The translations under genes and the position numbers were made by a program. Of a stretch of 64,000 bases of DNA, positions 58,082-64,000 are shown piece by piece. Numbering within the stretch: position 1 is the first letter of the stretch; every line of letters begins with the position of its first letter. The DNA is from Candidatus Heimdallarchaeota archaeon (GTDB lineage: Archaea; Asgardarchaeota; Heimdallarchaeia; Hodarchaeales; Hodarchaeaceae). The stretch spans positions 13,198 to 77,197 of the forward strand of contig JBHLSH010000007.1 of the NCBI GenBank assembly GCA_048881705.1. The letters are read 5' to 3'. The notes below the pieces were generated by a model, which did no database searches, had not been told where the DNA came from, and saw only the letters and a program-made list of their open reading frames with translations.

Positions 58082-59041
58082 ATGGTATCTCGCAAAAATT
58101 TACGCTCTTTCATGTTTCTCATAGCGTTAATTTTCTTCATGGTCAGTGCAACCAGTGTAGTGTCAGCCTGCACAATCATCACTGTTTCAAACGAGAATGA
58201 GGTCCTTTTTGGGAATAATGAAGATTGGACCAATCCTAATACCTGCCTTTGGTTCGAATTACAAGAAGAAGGAAAATTCGGGGGTGTCTACCTTGGTTTT
58301 GATAACTTTTTTCCGCAAGGAGGGATGAATGAGAAAGGACTTTGTTTTGATGCCAATGCGTTGCCCAAAATGACCTTAAACAATCATCCTGAACTCTTAT
58401 CCCCCAAAAGATGGGTTGTTGAGCACATAATGGACGTGAGCAATAATATCTCCAATACGATTCAAGTTGCTCAAGAATATAACTGGGGAACTTCAATGGC
58501 CTACCAAGTCCACTTTGCTGATGCAAACGGGGATGCATTAGTTATCAGCCCTGGAACGGATGGCGAACTCAACTTTACAAGAAAGGGACCAGGAGAGAAA
58601 TATCTTGTTTCCACCAATTTCAACGTGGGATATCCACTGAACGGTTTTCCACCCTATTGGCGGCATCGAGTGGCTACAGAAATGCTAAACAATCTCGATC
58701 TTGAAAATAACCTTACAATAGAAGCGGTTCGTGATATCCTTGACGCAACGCATCAAGAAGGAACCTATGGAACCAAATATAGTAATATTTTTGATCTCAA
58801 AAACACAGACATTTACATCTATCAGAATCATAATTTTAGCCATGTAGTTAAGTTGAATCTAGATGAAGAATTAGCTAAAGGTGAGAACCAATACATTCCA
58901 ATTAGTGATCTTTTCTCTCAAACAACAACTTCAGAGACTCAGACTGAAAAAACCCAGGAAGCCCCAATCTTGATCTTATTATCTTCTCTGTTTATTCTAT
59001 TCATTATTCGAAGAAGGAAATTTTCTTCTAAAAGAGATTGA
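58082..59041 (+). CDS. Secreted, C-terminally anchored Cys-type Ntn hydrolase (choloylglycine hydrolase/C45-like)
   Basis: The signal ends VSA directly before CTII (N-terminal nucleophile Cys). LFGNNED, GGMNEKGL.F, STNF, T.YSNIFDL, C-terminal TM + RRRK. Confidence 0.88.
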   Translation: MVSRKNLRSFMFLIALIFFMVSATSVVSACTIITVSNENEVLFGNNEDWTNPNTCLWFELQEEGKFGGVYLGFDNFFPQGGMNEKGLCFDANALPKMTLNNHPELLSPKRWVVEHIMDVSNNISNTIQVAQEYNWGTSMAYQVHFADANGDALVISPGTDGELNFTRKGPGEKYLVSTNFNVGYPLNGFPPYWRHRVATEMLNNLDLENNLTIEAVRDILDATHQEGTYGTKYSNIFDLKNTDIYIYQNHNFSHVVKLNLDEELAKGENQYIPISDLFSQTTTSETQTEKTQEAPILILLSSLFILFIIRRRKFSSKRD

Positions 59042-59140
59042 AAGAAGTCAAGTCTTTATAGACCAGTTTTCCCAAATGTGAGCCTTCTTTAATATTTGAA
59101 GTACCAGAACCAGGAGGAGAAGAAGATTTGGAAAAATCTT

Positions 59141-62100
59141 TCATGTATCATATTCTTCTTTGATCATAAAGGCATCTTTAAGATAATCCTGAATTACTTC
59201 AAGTTGTTTTTCAGGAGATACTACCGCTTCTTTATCTAAAATCGCTGTTATGCGCTGTTTATACTGTTTATAACGATTTAATTCCTTATTAGCTAATTTT
59301 AGATAAAATAAAAGCTGTTCCTGTTCGGCAAGGTTTAAGCATCTCTCTACCCAATCTTCTGCTTTATCCAGTTCAAAAGATGCCAAAGCAATATGGGTTC
59401 GTAAAAGATATAACTCGCACAACTTATCGTATCGCTTATCGGATTGATGTACATCTATCCAATTATCCAATTGTGAGATTAAATTTTCTGGAATAGGATC
59501 TGTTGGATTATTTAACCATTGTTTACCTTGTAGAACAACAAGATTGCCTCTACACAACTTGTAATATTTCAGATCGGGATTTTTAGACAGAGCTGTTTGC
59601 CACGCTTTACTTGCTTGTAACCAGTCCTTGGTTGTCTCAGCTTTTAATGCCTCAATCATATCAGAGAAGGCTTGAATTCGTGAATCTTTACTAAATTGAG
59701 GAAATAAGCGCAACATTGAGGTAAGTGATGAAAGTTCTCCCAAATCCTTATAGATTTGACATAGTCTAAAAATCACTTCAGCTTGGAGCACGGGTCTATC
59801 AAAACGCTGTACCGCGGATAACACAGACCTAAATTGCGAGATTGCGGCCGTAAAATCTCCGTTCATATACATTTTAGATGCTTTTAGTAATTCTCCTTCA
59901 GCATTGGTTACAGCTTGCATATAGGTCAGGTAGTCTTTTAATCCACTCTTATGGATTTGTTTTGCTATTTTATAGTTAGGAGCATCCAATTCTTGAATTA
60001 ATCTCCTATGTAGATGATAGCGTATTATTACACCTGTACATAAGCAAAATACTAGTATAAGAAAGATCAGACTAATATGAATGGCACTATTACTTAATAG
60101 GGGTACACTCCAAAAATCGTTTGGATCACTCCCTCCAAGATATTCCTGAAGATTATTTACCCAATCACCATCTGAATCCCAAAAGCTATCGTTTTTGTTG
60201 GCTGCGTTAAGACCATTTTGGAATTCCCATAGGTTTGGCATGCCATCCTCATCTTTATCCCCAGCAGCATCATTAACACGTGGATTTAATCCCGTTTGAA
60301 ATTCATAAAGATTGGTTATTCCATCATGATCGGAATCTAGAGCCGCATCATCCTCGAGAGGATTCAGGCCTCCCAGATATTCCCACCCATCTGGCATATT
60401 ATCCAGATCAGAGTCATTCACGGTAACACTTGAGTTTAGGAAATATTCGAGGGAGTTAATTAATCCATCGCCATCAGTATCTAGAAACTTATCCCAGAAA
60501 TTTCCATGATCTAAACCTACTGACAGTTCCCAGTGATCCGGCATTCCATCATTATCAAAATCTGTGGGGATTCCATTGAATTTCCACAAAATGATTTCAT
60601 TTTCTCTTGTGGATGCAAAAACTCCGTGTTGAGGGGAATAGCAAATAGATCTGATATAATCTTGTGGTTCTTTTGGTGAAGTGTAATAACATTCACCGGT
60701 AAAAGTGTCCCAAAAACTAATTGTTCCATCATAGCTAGCTGTAGCAAAAATACTCCCCTCAGGGGAGAAAGTGACCGATTTAACCTCTCTCGTATGACCA
60801 GTAAGGTTAATTCTTGGTTTTCTTTGCGAAATATCCCATATTATGATATTAGCTTCAATATATTTACTACCAGAAACAAGGATCGTGGGATCAAAAGGTG
60901 AAAATGCTATGGTATTAATCCCATAGTCATGACCTCTTAAAACTGACAATTCCTTTCCAGAAGAAACATTCCACAGTCGGATTGTTTTATCTCTGCTTCC
61001 AGAGGCTAACAGCTGGCCATCTGGTGAAAAATCTAGCGAGGTTACCCATTCAGTATGATTTGAAAAGGTATGAATACGCTGCCCATCAGTCATATTCCAG
61101 AGAAATATATTGTTATCTGCACCTGCTGATGCAAGAATCGCATTATCTTTTGAAAAGGCTACTGAAAGTACCGCTCCCGAGTGACCTGTGAGCGGAGAGA
61201 ATGGGAAGGGATTTCGAGTTGATTTTTCATAAACAAAAACTTTTGAGTCCGCCCCACCCGTTGCAAACATCGTATCGTCGGAAGATATGTCTACTGATTT
61301 AATTCCCCCCTTGTGATCTTGAATAATATATGGGTTCGGAGTCGATATAGGTAAGTCCCAAAGAAGAACTTCCTTATCATCTCCCCCTGATATTAGCGTC
61401 TCACCAGTAGCTGAAAACCTTAGTGTGTTCACTGTTTCAGCGTGCCTTGATAATACCTGGAATTCTACTCCTTGCACGACGTTCCAAACTCTGGTGGTAT
61501 TATCCTCACTTCCTGAAGCTAAGAGTGTCCCATCTGGTGAAAAATCTATGGAATATACACTAGCAGTGTGCCCAGCAAGTATTTCTAGATTTTCTCCAGA
61601 TGTAACGTTCCACAAACGAATTGTTGAATCATCGGAGCATGATGCCAAAACTTTACCATCAGGTGAGAAAACAACGTCGTTAACTATTCCAACATGGCCA
61701 GTATAATCTCTGATGATCTTTCTATTGGTCATATCCCAGAGGGTAATGTTCCCATCGCTTCCTCCTGAAACTAAGAACTGGCCATTAGGTGAAAAATCAA
61801 CTGAGTACACAGGTTCTTCTAGAGGAAAATTCTCAATCAAATCACCTGTACTGCTATTCCAGATTTTGAGAGAATCTCCAAAAGCGTAACCTGCCACTAA
61901 TATCTGTTCATTAGGTGAAAATAAAATACAAGTTGGACCTATACCAGATGGTAAGGTAATGGGTTTGCTCGTTATTTCATCAAATTTAATATTGAGTAGT
62001 CGAAAAAAAGTCGGACCTAGAAGAGCCAGTTGATCTCCATTGGGAGATATTGCCAAAGGCCCCCCGTGAAAAGTTACAGATGTATATTTGCGGATCATAT

Positions 62101-62524
62101 GACCTGTTAATCTATCCCAAAATACAAGAGAACCGTCCGAATCAGTGGCAATTATTCTTTGACCATCTGGTGAAAAAACTAGAGAATCGACACTATCAGA
62201 ATGCGTAAAATTCACATCTAACTCTTGACCTAAGCTGAGATTCCATAGTTTGATAATGGCATCCCCACCAGCTGATGCCAATATCTTACCCTCAGGCGAA
62301 AATTTAACGGAATTCACCCGATTTTGATGGTGTATTGGGGAATCGCTATAGATATCAGAAGCAAAAGACGGATTTTTTTGATTTATTTCCTCTATCCTTT
62401 GATTTCCTGTAAAACTTTCACTTGAGGCAATTTGGAAGGTGTTAGAATCAAAATCAGCAAAAAAGCTAGATATTAGTATCAAGAGCAGTAAACTAGCAAG
62501 GGTATCTATTCTGATCTGTTTCAT
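59141..62524 (-). CDS. Type I membrane protein: 14 WD40 repeats + 6 TSP3-like Ca-binding repeats + TM + TPR-like cytoplasmic domain
   Basis: Signal (ATG 62524; ORF track 62569). 14 countable H...V.S..FSP.G..LAS.S.D..I.LW repeats. Six D.D.DG..D/N..E repeats. TM AIHISLIFLILVFCLCTGVII + RYHLHRR. About 290-aa helical tail. Confidence 0.92.
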   Translation of the reverse strand: MKQIRIDTLASLLLLILISSFFADFDSNTFQIASSESFTGNQRIEEINQKNPSFASDIYSDSPIHHQNRVNSVKFSPEGKILASAGGDAIIKLWNLSLGQELDVNFTHSDSVDSLVFSPDGQRIIATDSDGSLVFWDRLTGHMIRKYTSVTFHGGPLAISPNGDQLALLGPTFFRLLNIKFDEITSKPITLPSGIGPTCILFSPNEQILVAGYAFGDSLKIWNSSTGDLIENFPLEEPVYSVDFSPNGQFLVSGGSDGNITLWDMTNRKIIRDYTGHVGIVNDVVFSPDGKVLASCSDDSTIRLWNVTSGENLEILAGHTASVYSIDFSPDGTLLASGSEDNTTRVWNVVQGVEFQVLSRHAETVNTLRFSATGETLISGGDDKEVLLWDLPISTPNPYIIQDHKGGIKSVDISSDDTMFATGGADSKVFVYEKSTRNPFPFSPLTGHSGAVLSVAFSKDNAILASAGADNNIFLWNMTDGQRIHTFSNHTEWVTSLDFSPDGQLLASGSRDKTIRLWNVSSGKELSVLRGHDYGINTIAFSPFDPTILVSGSKYIEANIIIWDISQRKPRINLTGHTREVKSVTFSPEGSIFATASYDGTISFWDTFTGECYYTSPKEPQDYIRSICYSPQHGVFASTRENEIILWKFNGIPTDFDNDGMPDHWELSVGLDHGNFWDKFLDTDGDGLINSLEYFLNSSVTVNDSDLDNMPDGWEYLGGLNPLEDDAALDSDHDGITNLYEFQTGLNPRVNDAAGDKDEDGMPNLWEFQNGLNAANKNDSFWDSDGDWVNNLQEYLGGSDPNDFWSVPLLSNSAIHISLIFLILVFCLCTGVIIRYHLHRRLIQELDAPNYKIAKQIHKSGLKDYLTYMQAVTNAEGELLKASKMYMNGDFTAAISQFRSVLSAVQRFDRPVLQAEVIFRLCQIYKDLGELSSLTSMLRLFPQFSKDSRIQAFSDMIEALKAETTKDWLQASKAWQTALSKNPDLKYYKLCRGNLVVLQGKQWLNNPTDPIPENLISQLDNWIDVHQSDKRYDKLCELYLLRTHIALASFELDKAEDWVERCLNLAEQEQLLFYLKLANKELNRYKQYKQRITAILDKEAVVSPEKQLEVIQDYLKDAFMIKEEYDT

Positions 62525-62616
62525 GTTCTTACCTGTATAAACTGCTACCTTTTTTGTGAGGAATCGCATTAATGGAAAGATGAAAAGCGGCTACTAAATA
62601 TTCACCTATCAATTCA

Positions 62617-63999
62617 TTAACTACCTCTTTTTCTTTTTTTATTGTGTTGTGGGGGAATAGTCAACAGAAAAAGGACAATTATCATTATCGTTAAAGCCCC
62701 ATAAACACCAGTCGAACTACCACCGTCTTCGGTTGACCAATATGAATATGCAATTATAAACATGTAAGCCCCATTCATTTGGAAATTCTTAACATGATTG
62801 TTAATAGCATACACATGGCGATAGTTCGTTAATGGAGCATAGGGTAATTCTTTTGACATCTCAAAACCCGCCTGTTCACACGCTTCAATGTACTGAGTAT
62901 CGTCATTCTCCCAAACTGGTGGCGAATATCCTGAAGGAGGCATATCGGCCGGAGGCGGAATCCCAAGTTGTCCCAAGCCTGGTTCACCACCGAAGATCTT
63001 GGCCCGATTGATTTCATAGTTTTCGTTACACCAGCTATTCTCACCACTCCACCAGCCGTAGTACCACCAAGCAAATTGAATAGTTGCGCAGTAAGCTGCC
63101 GGGGTATCATATGGCAATGCTACTGCAGCTACAACAGCAAAATCCCACTCAGGACCCGTGAAATTTGGGTCAGGTTGACCACCGGTGGTGTTATAACTAC
63201 CGCCAGGATCGCCAGAATATAGGGAAGCAAGATATGTCCTCCAATCAGGTGAAGCATCGATTTCTACAAAGATTCCAACCTGTTCGAGATCATTTTTTAT
63301 GGCCTCTGCACGTTTAACAGAGTATTCTAAGTTGCTTGAACAGAGAAGTTTGAAATGCCGTCCCCTAACTTGTTCAACGCCACCAACTTGTGTTTCGTTT
63401 GCATATACTCCCCAACCAAATCGATTGGTAGGTTCCTCAGAAAAAGTTAAAGGCCTGTAACCCGCTTCATGGAGGAGAGAACTTGCTTTTTCTTTTCCTT
63501 GATAAAAGTCATAATAATCCGTGGTATCAAGGTCAGGAGAATCATTTTCAATCCAATCAGGAAACCAAGTTGTGCGCGCCTGAAGCGGATATCCGTAATT
63601 ATTATATGCGACGTTCTCCAGATGAGTTCGATTAATAGCATGTGAAACAGCCTGTCGAAACCAGACCTGAGAAAGCGGAAAATTCCCTGGGCCACCAAAA
63701 TATTCCGGATAATCACCCTGGATATTCATACTGATGTAGTCCCCTCCTAATATCTCAACGGTTGAGAAGGAAATATTATTATGACTGTTTATTTTCTGTC
63801 GAACTTCAGGTGTTGCATCGAGTTCTGTAACAATGTCCAATTTTCCTGATACTAATTGATTGACAGCTAATGTATTATCAGAGACATGGCTATAATTTAA
63901 GAATTTGAACGCGTTGTCCATTGAAGGGAAGGAGTAAACTTCTCCGTTACTTGCACTAAATGATTTTCCCCATCCAAACCAGTCATCAATTGATGACTG
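62617..63999 (-). CDS. ABC transporter substrate-binding protein, family 5 (peptide/Ni), with C-terminal TM anchor; 5'-truncated by window edge
   Basis: FRQAVSHAINR..L, A..LL.EAGY, A.AIK.DLEQVGI.V, ELPYAPL. The frame stays open to the window end. Confidence 0.88.
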   Translation of the reverse strand, partial: QSSIDDWFGWGKSFSASNGEVYSFPSMDNAFKFLNYSHVSDNTLAVNQLVSGKLDIVTELDATPEVRQKINSHNNISFSTVEILGGDYISMNIQGDYPEYFGGPGNFPLSQVWFRQAVSHAINRTHLENVAYNNYGYPLQARTTWFPDWIENDSPDLDTTDYYDFYQGKEKASSLLHEAGYRPLTFSEEPTNRFGWGVYANETQVGGVEQVRGRHFKLLCSSNLEYSVKRAEAIKNDLEQVGIFVEIDASPDWRTYLASLYSGDPGGSYNTTGGQPDPNFTGPEWDFAVVAAVALPYDTPAAYCATIQFAWWYYGWWSGENSWCNENYEINRAKIFGGEPGLGQLGIPPPADMPPSGYSPPVWENDDTQYIEACEQAGFEMSKELPYAPLTNYRHVYAINNHVKNFQMNGAYMFIIAYSYWSTEDGGSSTGVYGALTIMIIVLFLLTIPPQHNKKRKRGS

Positions 64000-64000
64000 G
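63979..64000. repeat. Perfect 22-bp palindrome CCAGTCATCAATTGATGACTGG at window end
   Basis: The sequence equals its own reverse complement over 63979-64000. Confidence 0.85.

Noticed and set aside
1-64000. CRISPR arrays, rRNA/tRNA genes, transposases, integrases, phage genes
   Set aside because: No regularly spaced repeats, RNA-gene signatures or mobile-element proteins were seen by manual reading. tRNAscan/Infernal would be needed to exclude small or intron-split RNAs.

Overview
Gene-dense, AT-rich prokaryotic window, most likely from an Asgard archaeon, probably Heimdallarchaeia. This placement is inferred from an Arf-like small GTPase, a Roadblock/LC7 protein, a longin/uDENN-like protein, AMP phosphorylases, a single-OB crenarchaeal-type SSB and many surface proteins with C-terminal anchors. 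About 55 CDS were found. Metabolic genes include prpC/prpD, malic enzyme, PPase, thiolase, acyl-CoA dehydrogenase, MsrA, EutA, peptidases and hydrolases. DNA-related genes are the TIGR03916-type radical SAM/DUF4130 pair and an orphan m6A methyltransferase. Several large anchored surface proteins are also present. I found no rRNA, tRNA, CRISPR array or transposase. Best leads: (1) a membrane protein matching motifs of human CLN6 (17513-18421); (2) two AMP phosphorylase paralogs with complementary active-site substitutions (26316-30259); (3) an anchored surface protein with beta-pore-forming-toxin-like hairpins (8730-11366); (4) a longin-like / TrmB-like / Arf-GTPase locus (12409-15667); (5) a Zn-finger-fused CADD-like diiron oxidase operon (15996-17430); (6) a 14xWD40-Ca-repeat-TM-TPR receptor-like protein (59141-62524). 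All family assignments come from motif recognition and recalled reference sequences; no database searches were run.
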